This document shows positions 31,172 to 61,947 of a stretch of DNA of 64,000 nt, in pieces (position 1 is the stretch's first letter; every line of letters begins with the position of its first letter). The position numbers and the translations under genes were made by a program. The stretch is from Paraspadella gotoi (Eukaryota > Animalia > Chaetognatha): positions 13,775,037 to 13,839,036 of the forward strand of contig CM119268.1 of NCBI GenBank assembly GCA_051294375.1. The letters run 5' to 3'. The notes beneath the pieces were generated by a model. That model saw only the letters and a program-made list of their open reading frames with translations, did no database searches and had not been told where the DNA came from.

Positions 31172-33609
31172 AGACAGACAAAGAGACAGACAGGCAGAGT
31201 GAGAGACGAATAGACAAACACTCATTCTTACAGACAGACAGAGACAGAGTGAGATAAATTTCTCACCTTGACTTTCAGGCGCAAGTTAAGATCGACGCGT
31301 AACTTTTCAAAAAATCCCTCAAACTGATTGACGACTGCGTCGGATTTAAACTTGTTCTCGCAGTAGACATTGTAGAGATGTTGGAGTCGTTCGAGCCGCT
31401 TGCCCTCGCGACCGAAGAAGACTTGGCGAAGATTGAGCGGTTGAGACCCGATTCGGTGAACTGGAAATAGAAAAAAATGGTGGGTCAAGTTTGCGCGCTG
31501 AATAAGGGTGAGTCACTGAGTCAGGTTTGCGCGCTGAAAACGCTTTATAATTTTAGTTATGTCACGGCATACATCCATCGTACCGCTGACGCAGTTCTCA
31601 AGTTCTGGCAGCAACGTGAGTCGGTGGAAATCATAGATGGCGTGAATGTTGCCGAAGACTACGGCGACTTTGGCGGACGGCGGGGTTGTTACTGTTATCG
31701 AGGACTTGTTCGAGGGTCTTAACTTGAAAGAGGAGTTTGAATGCGGCGTTGTTGTTGTTGTTGTTTTCGCTTTCGCCATGATGTTCTCGCAAAGGATCGC
31801 CAAGTTTTTGACGTAGTCTCTTTCCGTCTGCACCAACTCCTTCAGCACCAGACGTCGCTTCTGCGCATCCAAATTAAGCGGCGGCTGAGGCGTCTGCGGC
31901 GGCGCGACTTCCGACGACGGCGAAGGTTCGCGGCGCCAGTGACGTTTGACGCCTTCGGAGGAGCGGCGTCGCAGCGAGGGGGCGGCGTCGGCGTCGTGGC
32001 GTTCGTCCGGCGTCGCCTCATAGTTGAGACGGAGCTGAGACACTCGACTACGAAGAGGGGCTGAAAGGAAACCGGTGGGATAAAGTTGATAAAGCTAGTT
32101 AATAATGTAAATGCTCGGTTAAAAGAGCAATATTTTTATGTTATGAGTTGTTTTCAAAGTCTCCTGTCATTTAATATTAAAATTGAATCAACGAAACTTA
32201 CCTTCAGACAAATTATCATTGGCGATATTTGTACGAGTTTGTAGTTTTTGGTATCCATCACGCGTTGATACACTTCTCCCTTAATAAGCGAATGTATGAT
32301 TTAATTTAAATTAATTTAATTTAATGTAGTATAATTCTCGAAATTATTTTTTTTAAATATTTCTTTTTGAATTACTATGAAATTGGTGCTTGAAAAAGTG
32401 GCCCAAGCGTTTGGGATCCAAAGTGTGCGGTCTGACGTCGACCGACTGATTCGGCGATCCTCGATATTCAGATTTTCCAAACATCTCCTCCGCCGCAGTC
32501 TTCTTCGCTGCCACCCCCGCCGCCTCCGCCGCTCTCTCCTCCGAAGACCCGGAAGATCCCTCGCTGGAGCGGCCCCAGTGACGTCGCTCCAGCGACAACT
32601 TCACCTTCGATCTCGTCGATTTCGACTTGACCGTCGCCGCTCCTACGGCCGCCCGTGCCGCCGCTTTCGCCGCAGACTTGAGCGCTCGTTTGGCATCGGC
32701 GCCGCTGTAAACGTGACGGGAGTCCGCCGCGAAAAAAGAGTCCGTTCGGTCGAAGGATTCCACCGCCGGCGCTGATTCAATGTCTTCTTCCTCGCTTTTC
32801 TTTCGACTCCACCTTCGCCCCAACTTTTCCTCTCCATCTCTAGCATCAGCGTCATCGATGCTCTTGAAGGACGGTTCCGTCATCCCATGGACATCCTCTT
32901 TCGCTCGCGACGACGGCGTTTCTTTTGCGCAAACATCTTCGACCGGATCGTCGTGAGAATCTTCTCTTCGAGGCCTCGACGGGTCAGGAATTTTCTTTTT
33001 AAAGGCGACTTTTTCGATCAAAGGTTCCGACTGAGGCTGCTTTCTAAACCCGCTTGTCACGTGACCCTCAACTTCTCTCATCATCTTCAGCATCTTTTTT
33101 CTTTTGCTCTTTTTTTCTTTTCTCTTCGGCGGTGTCGGCGTCGGCTCGATCGTCGCCATGTTCGGAGAGAACGAGAGCGAGACCTCGTCGCTAGAGGTGC
33201 TGGAGAGAAAAGGCGGAAAGGGTCTGAAGGCGTCGACGAAGCTCTCGGTGGCTTGGATCGAGTCCCTCTTTACCTTCACTATTTCGCGAGAACAGTTAAA
33301 AGCGACGGCCGATGGCGAAGACGCCGTAGGGTCTTCAAATACATATAAAAACGGCGCCGGAACTTCTTCCGCCGAACGAATGGAAGAATTCCGCGATACT
33401 AACGACTCGTTCTCGACAGAGAAATCGAAGACGCCGGTTGCCGGCCCAAAACGATCGGGGGAAACCACGCCTTCAAAGTCCCACTCGATGCCGGAATCGC
33501 TGCGTAGGCGAAAGCGGTGGGAGGCGCCCTCGTTAAGGACGCCGGAATTGAACGAACGTGGCGGCGTCACTTCCAATCGAAAACACTCTGCGTCCGCCGA
33601 GAACGCCAT
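30355..33609 (-). CDS. Dbl-family RhoGEF (DH-PH), Trio C-terminal GEF/p63RhoGEF (ARHGEF25)-like, ~910 aa
   Basis: Exons 33609-32376, 32279-32202, 32060-31584, 31460-31267 and 31104-30355 join in frame (2733 nt). DH motifs: RRLVLKELVQTERDYV, VFGNIHAIYDFH, LLIQPVQRITRYPLLLKE. PH motifs: TAQGKLL, RHTFLFEQ, WVEAVDEILATQHKLMKLLQNP. Confidence 0.92.
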
Positions 33610-34062
33610 TTCGCAGACAGATTCATTTATAATTTCGTGATTTTATATAAGTTGGATTTTGCCAAGAAAACTAAATAATGATATGTTGATAAAACTCGCG
33701 AATCGATCGATTTGGTAAATTTTTAAAAAAAAAATACAATGTCTGCCTCTCAAAAAAAAATAATAACATTCTATTATTTTAATATATTTTACACTCCTGT
33801 GCAAATAAATCGCGCCACTTAATAACTTTAAATTTCAGACTCTCTATACAAACATTTTTAAAAATTATATAAGAAAAATAATTAAAAAAAGAAGAATCAA
33901 TGTATAAAATTTTATTACAATCGGACAAGTGGTTTAGGAGATATGATTTTTTAAACTTGAGTGTTCCAAAACCAAACGGGAAAAATTGACTTTAGAATCA
34001 TGAGCCTATTATTCATCATATGTTTCAATAACCTTAAAATTATTATCAGTTATACAATCCAG

Positions 34063-34136
<74 letters not shown>

Positions 34137-34233
34137 CCAGCGATCTCTCCAGATGTGCAGTATAATTTTTTTTGGTTGTTGATCTATTACAAGGATTGCA
34201 AAATATCAGAATAAAAATGATTAGTCTTATATC

Positions 34234-35456
34234 TAGAGTTCCGATAACCGTTAACAGTTAACGGTTATTAACGGTTAAAAATAATTTTAACTTAACCGTT
34301 AATATATTTACTTTTACGGTTAAATTCGGTTAATTTTCAAGTATGATTTTTGTTATTTTTTGTTAGGAAAACTTTGATTTTTTAAGAGAAAAGTTGTTTT
34401 TCCTGTCCTCTCTTATTCTCCTCTCCCTTTCTCTTGTCTGTCTCTTCTACATTTTTTCCCTTTTTTTCCTTTGTTATTTTCAACCCTTTTAATCTTTTTT
34501 CTATCCTAATCTCTTATCGTTTTTTTCGGCCCTTCCAGTATTTTTTACTTACTTTCTCCTAATTGTTTTCGTTTATATCAAAGAATATTTTGAAATATCA
34601 TATGCATCTGCATATATTTTCTTGCAAATAAAATTCTTACATGCAATAATATTCTATTTTGCTAATAAAAAATAAATAATCTTTCTTATTTTACTTTTTC
34701 TCACTTTTTCTTTCCCTTTTTAAAATGAACAAAGAAGTAAATAAAATAAAACCGAATAAATTTTAAAAAAAACAAAAATTTATTAGAAAACATTTAAAAA
34801 ATGAACAATAGAAAGAATAAATCTTTTAAAAGACATTAAGGCTAACTAAAACAATCTTTCAATGATGAGATACTTTACTTATCTATAAAAGCAACGAAAA
34901 GAAAGTCTTAACACAATATTCATAATTATACTTTACTTATCTATAAAAGCAACGAAAAGAAAGTCTTAACACAATATTCATAATTATATTTATAGTCATG
35001 GTTTATAAAAGACTAACAACAGAAAACATGCTTTCAAGAAACTAACAACTATAAAAATAATGAGGAAGAGAAATATAAAAAGTGAAAGCAAAAGAAAGAA
35101 AGGGAAAGAGAGAAAGAGAAAACAAAACATACAGAATTAGAATTACATTGTGCTTTTTAATTCCTTGTCTTTTTTCATATTTTTATTATGCTATGAGTCA
35201 AAAGAACGATTTATTATAATGCTTTATTTGATTATCTGATGGGTAGATTCAAGATAGTTTTCTAAAACCAATTTTCTCATTTATCAACTATAATGTGTAC
35301 CTCATCCATCTGAAATAGAAGATGAAGACGATTCAGGAGCCGGAGTTAAGGAGAAAATACTATTAAATACTTTAATTGGTTTTAAATATTAATATTTTAA
35401 ATTTAAAGTTAAATTATAATATTAACCGATTTTAACGGTTTACCGTTAAAAACGTA
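34234..35456. mobile_element. Degenerate hAT-like non-autonomous element with subterminal TAACCG/CGGTTA arrays
   Basis: The left end is TAGAGTTCCGATAACCGTTAAC with clustered AACCG/CGGTT motifs, which recur at 35420-35450. No clean TSD. It contains a 58-bp tandem duplication at 34870-34985. Confidence 0.5.
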
Positions 35457-36289
35457 TATAAGGTGATTTTTGAGGTGGCGCGATTTTTTTTCAAATGACA
35501 GTAAGGCAAAATGTTTTTCAATTGTGAGGTTTTTTCACTTTTTGAGATCTGTGGAAAGTTTGAGCCTGTCACCGCGCTCGAGATTGCGAAACATTTACCA
35601 CCGCAATCTGTTGGGTGTTTCGACTATGAGGATTTCGGCCACAAAACATTATGAGAACTAAAGAATAAATAATTATTAGAGGGTGGAAGACGATGCGGCG
35701 AGCGTGTCATCGTTCTCTCCACGAAATTTCAACCGCAACGACGCTAACTCGCCCGTGTCTTTTCTTGCTTGACGCGACAGGACGCGACCTCTGGACCTCT
35801 TGATCAGAAGGAACCCGCACATTCGGGAAATCTCAATTGTTACCTACACTAATGGCGGGGTTTGTATAATGTATAATTGTATTGTATTGTATTGTTTAAT
35901 TGTATACACCTCTTGATTTCTTTTTCACGATCCGTGAAGAATCTAAGGAAAAACGGGGAGTTGATAACGAAAACAGAAATGGAGGGGATAATAGTAACAT
36001 CTACCACTAACACTACCATTAACAAAAGGGTTGACATGAGGTCGGTAGCAATTAAAAATATTTTCTTTTTTTTTTTTAACCGTTCATTTGTCTTTTGTTT
36101 CTGATGAAAGGAAATAAAAGAGCGATGTAATTTTAGAAGTTAGGGTCGCTAAGCGACACCGAAAAAAGCCAAGTTCTTGGATTATTTTTCTTTCTTTTTC
36201 GGGTTTCGTGTTCAAAGTCCAAAATTGAAAAAAAAAAAAGAAAAAGAAAAAATATCGTAAAACTCTCCTTCCCTTTCCTGATCCTAGTA

Positions 36290-36354
<65 letters not shown>

Positions 36355-36819
36355 TCTCTCTTCTCTCTCTCTCTCCTCTCTGCTTCTTTCTTCAGTCAAA
36401 ATGTTTTGGTTTTTCGCTTTCGCAATCTGGTCTCTCGGTATCCTTTCGTTCCTCATCGTCGTTGTCGTTGTCATGTTTAAGATTCCAATTTTTTGATGTT
36501 TCTTGTTTCTCGTTTCTTGCGATATTATCTGGATTTTTTTTTTCTGCCTTCTTCAACCCTCGGTTCATCGACCGGTTTTCCCTCTGTTTTTTTTCTATAT
36601 ATAATTAAGTTAACATAATATTGTTTAAAAAGAGTTACTCATTGATTTCCGAAGAGCAAATTGCCACCTGCAATAGACCAACAGTCGATGGAATCGATTC
36701 GCGCCATCGGAAATCGCGTCGTCCCCGCCACGCCCACACTGTTTGCCTTTTCTTTCCGCCCACGGCCGTCACCATCCTTTGATGTCGCTCCGTCGCCAGT
36801 TTGATCGTCGCTCACAACC

Positions 36820-42217
<5,398 letters not shown>

Positions 42218-42659
42218 TCAAGGACCCGTTGGCGCCACGGTCGGACGGGGTTAACACGCCCTCTATGCGACACGCATTATGAAAACAACGACAACGATCA
42301 TCGACGTAAACGAACTCGAGAGAAAAATTGGATCCTCGGGTTCGATTCCCTGACGAAAACTAATTATCAGCCCCAATTTTTTTATTTTTTTTATTTTTTT
42401 AAATTTAGCGAGATTCGTGCGTTGAGAGGAAAACCGGAGAGAGAGAGAGAGGGAGAGAGAGAGAGAGAGAGAGCGCTCCCAGGCGGCGCCGTAAAGTTTG
42501 AGCAGTCGAATTGGATTGTGGATGGAGACCACGCATTGGCCCACGGTCGTGGGTCAGACGACCAGGAAGCCGCCGGGTTTTCGAGGATTTCATGCGCGAG
42601 CGGAGAAAAATAGGATTTCTCTTGACTGGAGTTTCGTTGCGTAGCTCGGTTCCCGGCTT

Positions 42660-42770
<111 letters not shown>

Positions 42771-44076
42771 ACTACATGGCACTTCGGAAAATTCCCAACA
42801 GCGCCTGCGAAAAGTTTTTTTTTTTTTTCACCGTTTTATTTCAATTGTTTTTTAGCGATTCGCATTGACGACGGACTTTAAGTCTAATCTCTTTCTTTCA
42901 TCTTCTTATCTTCTCTTCTTACTTGGTCCATTACTTGGAGAAGAATAGACCATTCAAAGTCCATTCAAGAGGATTAATCACTGATTAATAATCAGCCTTC
43001 TTGGTCGAAATCTTTGATCTGCATAATCGAACCCAAGTACAATTGATGCATTTGAAAGAAAATATAAAAAATCGTTTTTACCGCTTACATTACTTATGTC
43101 TCATCGGCTTCCTCTTTATCTAACATATTGTATTATTGTTAGCGTTTAAACTGAAATCACGCCGAATTCTTCATGCTCCTCGTTTTAATCCGCCATTTTG
43201 AGCGAATCCTACGCCTTGGTATGCAGCGCCATCTAAACGATTTTTATTCGCTTCGTCAAAGCTCTTTTGTTCTCTTCCAATAAGGGGTTCCATTGTCTCT
43301 CTTCTTTTCAGCCTGTCAGCGTACCGTATTTGCTTCAGAAATGTGAATTTTCCCCATCGTAGAAATATTTTTTTTCGTTCTCAAAAACGGCAGAATAAAA
43401 ATATATACTTTTTCACACGAAATGGAGTATGAGAGTTTTATAAATGTAATAAGATGAAAAAAATTAACTATCAGATAAAACCATAGACTTTAAAAGCAAA
43501 TTTATTGGCTGTTGGAAATGAGTTAAAATTGGAGTGACGAAAAACTAAATGCATTTTTAATCGACGATAAAAAAATCCAGAGCCTTATTTATTCTTCAGA
43601 ATTATTGGTCTCTTGCCCTATTTCCTCGTTTCCTTTCCTCCTTCCTTTTTTCCCCTTCTCTGTCCTTTACTTACTCTCCTTTACTTACCAGAACCTTTCC
43701 TGCCCGAGGAATGAGAGGTTTTAGAAAAAAAAACATCCGTTTCCCTTAATTCCTTCTTTAATCTTCTTTTAACGACGAAGTCAACTTTTCTTTCGTCTAG
43801 ATGCAGTTTACTAACTACAATCATTTTTTTCTTATTTCTCATTCATATTTTTTTTCAAATTTTTTAAACTCCCTCATGACTTTTATACTCCTCTCTTCAC
43901 TCACTGCAAACACGCTACTGTATTTAACGACTTAATGTTTACTTTATTGATGCTTGTTCAATAATGAATTTATGAAGATTGAAGAACCAAGTTTAAAATT
44001 CAAATCTCATCACAACGACGCCTACTATATATTCATCTCCGACTCCAACGCACGAAATGAAACTCTTTCGCCTCGA

Positions 44077-45530
44077 ATGACAAAACTCACTCATCTTTCG
44101 CCGACAACTCCGTCGGCCATGATCCGGCACAGAACGACGCCGGCGACTGACGTCGCGCCGCTCGTCTCCGCCGCCTGGAAAATGGCGCCGGTGCCGGCGA
44201 CGCCGATCAGCGTCGACGCCGAAACTTCAACTCGACGCCGTTTCGCGGGCTCTGACTGTCGCCTACCGACACCGTCGGAAAGCATCGTAGTCGCCGCCGC
44301 CGCCGCCGCCGCTGTCGAATCCGCCGCGGCCCGCCGCCCCTATCGACACTCGTCCTGTCCGCTTCCGGCACGCCCATCGGCGCTGCCGCGTTGCGACGCC
44401 TCCGCCTCAAAGTTCCACATTTACTCGACGAGATACAAGAGGTCGCGATTCCATCGCCGCTTTTCTCGCCGCCCGCCAGGCGCCGACGACGACGATGAAG
44501 AATACGACGACGATACCGACGACGAAGACGACGACTCGCTCGACGGCGTCGCGATGATCCAACCGGCAACGTTGGTGCCACGAGCGACGCCGCCGCGAAT
44601 CAGGACGGCGCCGCGGGCGGGAAACGGCGCGGATGGAGAGGAACGCGGGACTGTGCTGGCACCGAGGGCGGCCTCTACCTTAGGGCTTCAACGGTACTTA
44701 CATACACCGTCGCTTGTTGAGTTTTTATTATTTATTATGTATTTATTACTAGCCTAAATAAAGACATTACTTTCTTCACAACTTTCCTCAGCCCGCGAAA
44801 AAAGTCCAGTTCAGATCTTCGTCGACGCTCTTCCTCTCTCAGCGATTCTGCATCCAAACACGCCCATAGCAACGCCCTTAGAAACGGACTCCAAAGAAAT
44901 CCCGCCTCGTGCAACCATTCCCCTCAAAAGTCCGTCATCGTCGGTCTCGGCCTCCTTCACAACCGGTCGCCAAGCAACGGACGCGCCAATTCCCGCGGCA
45001 ACCGGCGCGGTCGAGCCCGCGGCTCCGGTCGCGTCTTCAATGACGACGACGACGACGACGACGACGAAGACCTTGATTCGGCGACGACCACGACGAACGT
45101 CTCCTCCTCCTCCGACTTTTGTTTTTCCCGCGAAAATTTGATTCGCGAAACAGAGGAGCATCTGTCGGGCAGGTGCAGACTGCGGAAGAGGGTGACGCCG
45201 CATCGGGCGGGAGAAAGGAGAAAGAACGGGTGAGTTTGAATGTAGGCGATGGAATTTTAGACTTTGCTTACTTTTTAATGCGGTGACTACGACTGAGAGA
45301 AGAGCTTTGGAAAAACTTCTTGCACAATCGGAATCCTAAGAAAGAATTAACTAATGTTGTTATATGGCAGTGTGGTTTTTTCCAACTCATCCAACCGAAA
45401 TATGATTTTCAACAGTAGAGATATACAGGAGAAACTTTTCGTTTCGATGGGACTGTTCAGACGTCGAGGACGGCGACAGTAACGACAGTCACGACGACGA
45501 TGACTGTAACGACGACGACGAGGTTCGATA
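44077..45530 (+). CDS. Uncharacterised low-complexity protein (acidic and Arg/Ser-rich tracts); start and last exon uncertain
   Basis: Exons 44077-44693 and 44792-45229 join in phase 2 with an open frame, and a GTGAGT donor follows at 45230. A probable terminal exon lies near 45416-45530, frame unresolved. Confidence 0.6.
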
Positions 45531-47347
45531 AAAAGAAAAATCCGCCGGACGAAACACGATACGAAATATGGCTTTTATACGATACATAATAAAAAGGAAA
45601 TTTCCAATGTTGTCCTTGAGCCAACTTTTTCCCCTCCCGAAAATGCTTGGCGACGGCTCGAGGCAGAAAAGGGAAGGGAGATCCAAGGAGGGGGCGGAAG
45701 AAAAGATACCCGGTCGGGGCCCGATCGCTGCTCCATGAAGACGGTTCGTGGGCGTGGCAACGGGTACCTTGCGTGGCGCCGTCTCTCTAACTCCCACGGC
45801 TCCGAATCGCAGCGCTATGGTGGCAAATATTGGACGCAAACAATTGGATAGATGGATATTCATTCTAGGGAAATGGAGAGATTGATGGTGGGTGGAGTTT
45901 GATGAATTCATTTGTTCCTTTGGTTGATTTGTTTTCAGCGTTGGCTGCTTGATGGGTCGATGACTGGTGCGTCATTCTATTCGGTGCTATTCCGGTGAAT
46001 TTCTTTTTCTTTTTCACACCCGAGCCATGTTTTCGAAATGTTTTCCACAAACAAACCTAATCGCTCAGAATTTAATCGGAAGCGGTCGTGAAAAACGAAA
46101 AACGAAAACGAAAGTGAGAAAACTAAAGGATTTACAACTAAGGAAGATGGATACTAGATTTCTTGTGTTCATTCTATAGATTGAAATATTGAAAGATTGT
46201 TAGATAGATAGATGGAGAGATAGTTAGAGAGATAGTTAGAGAGATAGATAGATAGATAGATAGATATATAGATAGATAGAATGTAATCATTGACTTAACG
46301 TCGTTCGTTCTCAAAGCCCATTTTACCCACTGCCCACTTGGCGCTTTCTATGGTGACGATCAGGCAAAATGGTCAGAAACTATTTTTCTTTTCTCATTTG
46401 GAACCGGATGCACATCGATAGTTTGACCGGCATCTGCTTCCGTTTCTTGAATAAGTCATATATTGTTAGTTTTCCTATGGTTCCTAAGAGTTATTATTTT
46501 TCTCCCACGTTTTTTTTTTTTTTTTTTTTGGCCCCTTTTCTCTATACCTTTGTATTTGGTACCTCCCTTTCCCTCCCTCCGTTGTTTTTTTCCCTCCTTC
46601 CCTCGCAAACGGAAATCCAATTCTTTCTCGGATCCTTAGTATATTCATCGTCGTCGTCTTCGTTCGGGAGGAAGGTCGAGATGAGAAAAGGGAATCTTTC
46701 TCTCCACGACGATCGGTAGGAGATGGCGACATTGTCGTTCTTTATCGTCCTTCGGTTTTGGTCCTTCGTTGGTCCAGACAATCTCGCGATCCCTTCGGTA
46801 TTTTTTTTTTTATCTCTGGTCAAGAGATCTCTATTCGTGACTCCCAATGGCAAAGGTGGGTCTCCCTTTTGGACGTTAGGTTGGAAACTCGGATATTATC
46901 ATCGTTGGCTTTGAATTTTTTCTCTTTTTTTTGGTTTATTTGGTTTTTTTTTCTTTTGGAGGAAAATGGGTGAAAAACAACGCACATTAATTCTCCATTA
47001 GCTCTTTTTTTTCAATGTATGTTTATCTTTTCTTTCCCATTCGCTTCTCCTTAATAATTTGGCTTCCCGCCGCCGTCGTCGCTGTCATCGCCGCTTCGAA
47101 GCCTCTCAAATGAGCCCTGGACGTCGGTCAACTGCGAAATTGGGAGTTAATTAATCGGAGTTATTTTTAGTCTTTCTTCTGACGTAACGCTTTAACCCGC
47201 GCGCGATGAGATGAACGGCGCAGTTTTCTGTTTTAACTGGTGAATGGATCGGGTTTCGCCATATTGGGGATCCCCTTTGAAGGTTAAAACGTCTCGTTTT
47301 TGATTAAATCAACTTTTTGAAAATTCGAAGATCGATTTGCGCCAGAC

Positions 47348-47904
47348 TACTATCTAGGAAAAAAGTATATCACGTAATTGTAGAAAAGTGTATTTATTCA
47401 ATAAAAAATATATAAAACATTCTTAATATTTAGTATGCTATCCTTCGGCTCTGATTACTTCCTGCATTTTTTGGGGCATGCTCTTGTAATGCCAATTGAG
47501 ATATGATGGTGAAATAGTTTTCCACACTTTTAACGCAATTCTTTTCAACACTGAAATTGATGTTACGCATTTTTCCCTCTTTTCTAAAAGCTATTATGGT
47601 ACATTTTTTAATCAAAAAGATGTGCATTTTTAAATTTAAAAAAAATTTAAAAAAATAACTAATTCTATTCAAAATAAAAATAAATAACTATATATCCAAA
47701 ATGGTATAAAACTAAGTCAGATTTTTTTGGCTATTTTTTATTTGAAGGAGCGATCTTTTTTACCAGTAACTTTTAAATGATTTGACTTACAAAAAATGTA
47801 AATTGAATGTAGATTCGAAAATATTCTGATTTTTTTAAAATCAAATATGTTTTTGAGTAGATATCCTTTACTAAAAATGTGATATACTTTTTTCCTAGAT
47901 AGTA
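47348..47904. mobile_element. MITE with perfect 26-bp terminal inverted repeats (including TA), Tc1/mariner-like
   Basis: TACTATCTAGGAAAAAAGTATATCAC at 47348-47373 and its exact reverse complement at 47879-47904. The interior is AT-rich and non-coding. Confidence 0.85.
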
Positions 47905-48073
47905 AGCGATTTTATTTCCGGTTTCATCATTCCCACTTCGTCAAAGACCACGCCTCTTTGATTCATTTTAAATTTTCAACCTATCCACTTTTCGCCCAAA
48001 CACGTCTCCCTATTCACTTGAGGTACGCCCACTGCTCTAATTCCGGCCACGCCCATTTCATCTCTTCCGGTCC

Positions 48074-60273
<12,200 letters not shown>

Positions 60274-61454
60274 GAGAAGAAGGAGAAGGCGGGAAGCAGA
60301 AGAAGAATAAGATTTTAAGGAGAAGAGTTTCAGAATGTAAAGAACAATGTCGTGAAAAAGTTGATTAGGATAAGGATATCCAAGATTTAGAGTTAGACAG
60401 GAACTAGGAGATGAAAAGGAAGGATTTCTAAAAGTGAAATTGATTAGCAAACACGAAAAGAACCCGACCAGTGAGCGCATCATGAAAGTAATTAATGATT
60501 GCGCTATCCTCCAGTCATTAGGCGCCAGTTCTGCAAAATGTGACCGCTACTTGGAATTTGCAATTACTAATGTGCCTCGTGTTTCTCATCTTTGTCGAAA
60601 TTTCGAAATGTTAGGAATTCAATTTAACTTATCTCAAACTAGATGTCGTTACCATCTTATTCGGTCACAAATTCGATAACATTCGATTCAAATGATTTTT
60701 AGATTCATTAACTTTAGCGAAAAATGTTTTTTCCAAAATAATTTACTCGAGATGTATCTTATCTTGCCGCGCCGTTTTAATTTATCTGTCGCCAATTTTG
60801 ATTAGAAAACAATTGCAATTCAACTCTTGGTTTTCTGGGTAGAAGGTCAGAAAGATAGAAAATATAGTTGTCGAGAAATGGTTTGTTTCATTCATTTAGA
60901 AACGAGCTTGATTTATAAAATTTAACTCTCGCCTTTACAATCTAAATTCATTGAAAGTCGAAAAAATTCATCGAAGAATTAAAGTAATACTTATCGACTT
61001 CTCCGTTTACGTATATGGCTGACTTTCCAAAAGATATTAAATTACAAAAATAAACGTAAGATCTTTTATTAAATCAAAATAGAAAATATCATAAAAATGA
61101 TAACACTGTCGGGACCAATTTTATAAAAGGGTCCTTTTACCCGGAATACCAGTCAATGTTAATGAGATCTGTTTCTTTTTTTTTTTTTTTTTATTCGGTA
61201 GGATTCGTTGTCTAACTTGACATTTCGCTGCTAGTTTAAGGCTAGAAAAGCTGTTTAATTATGTATCACCTTTTACGTCTAAAACTATTCAGATATACAT
61301 AGTTTACATACACAGACTATATTAAAGAAAAAAACAAAAAATTCGAAAAGCTTCCAACCGTAACAAAGCCTGTGTCCAGTCAAGGAGTAAGAAAAGCTTG
61401 TTTATTAAAAGAATGAATAATTTTATATCGATTGTACCGATTTCATCAAAATGT

Positions 61455-61911
61455 CTAATGTTCATTTGTTGTCTTTTGATATCTGTGTTTTCCTCCTCCG
61501 AAAAGGGAAGTGTAGAGATCCTCGTCTTCCGACTGACTCATCGAGTGACGAGTCATCACTTTACCGTTGGATCCCGTGACTTGAGTCTGTTGGGATCAAT
61601 AAAATACATGAAACAAACGAACAAAGACTTTTTTAAAGAGGTCTTTGCGGATTCTCGCCTCTGGGTCGAGTATTCTGTAAACCGGAAGCGCCCGAAAAAC
61701 GGCGGATTTGTCTCGGGGGTTTACGTGTGAGGGAAGGCGTTTCAAACTGTCATGGAAGGAAAGAATGACATTTATGAAAGAAGATAATAAAAAAAATCTT
61801 AAAAGCATAAGGATCAAGCCATGATGATAGTCATTCATTGAGCGATGATAGTCATTCATTGACGCGATGAATCATTCATCGTAAATAAAACAAACAAATG
61901 CGTGTATGAGT

Positions 61912-61947
<36 letters not shown>

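Noticed and set aside
30416-33640. Plus-strand ORFs overlapping the RhoGEF (and similar antisense ORFs over the ferlin and 48-50 kb exons)
   Set aside because: These are shadow frames of GC-rich coding sequence with no recognisable motifs or splice support.
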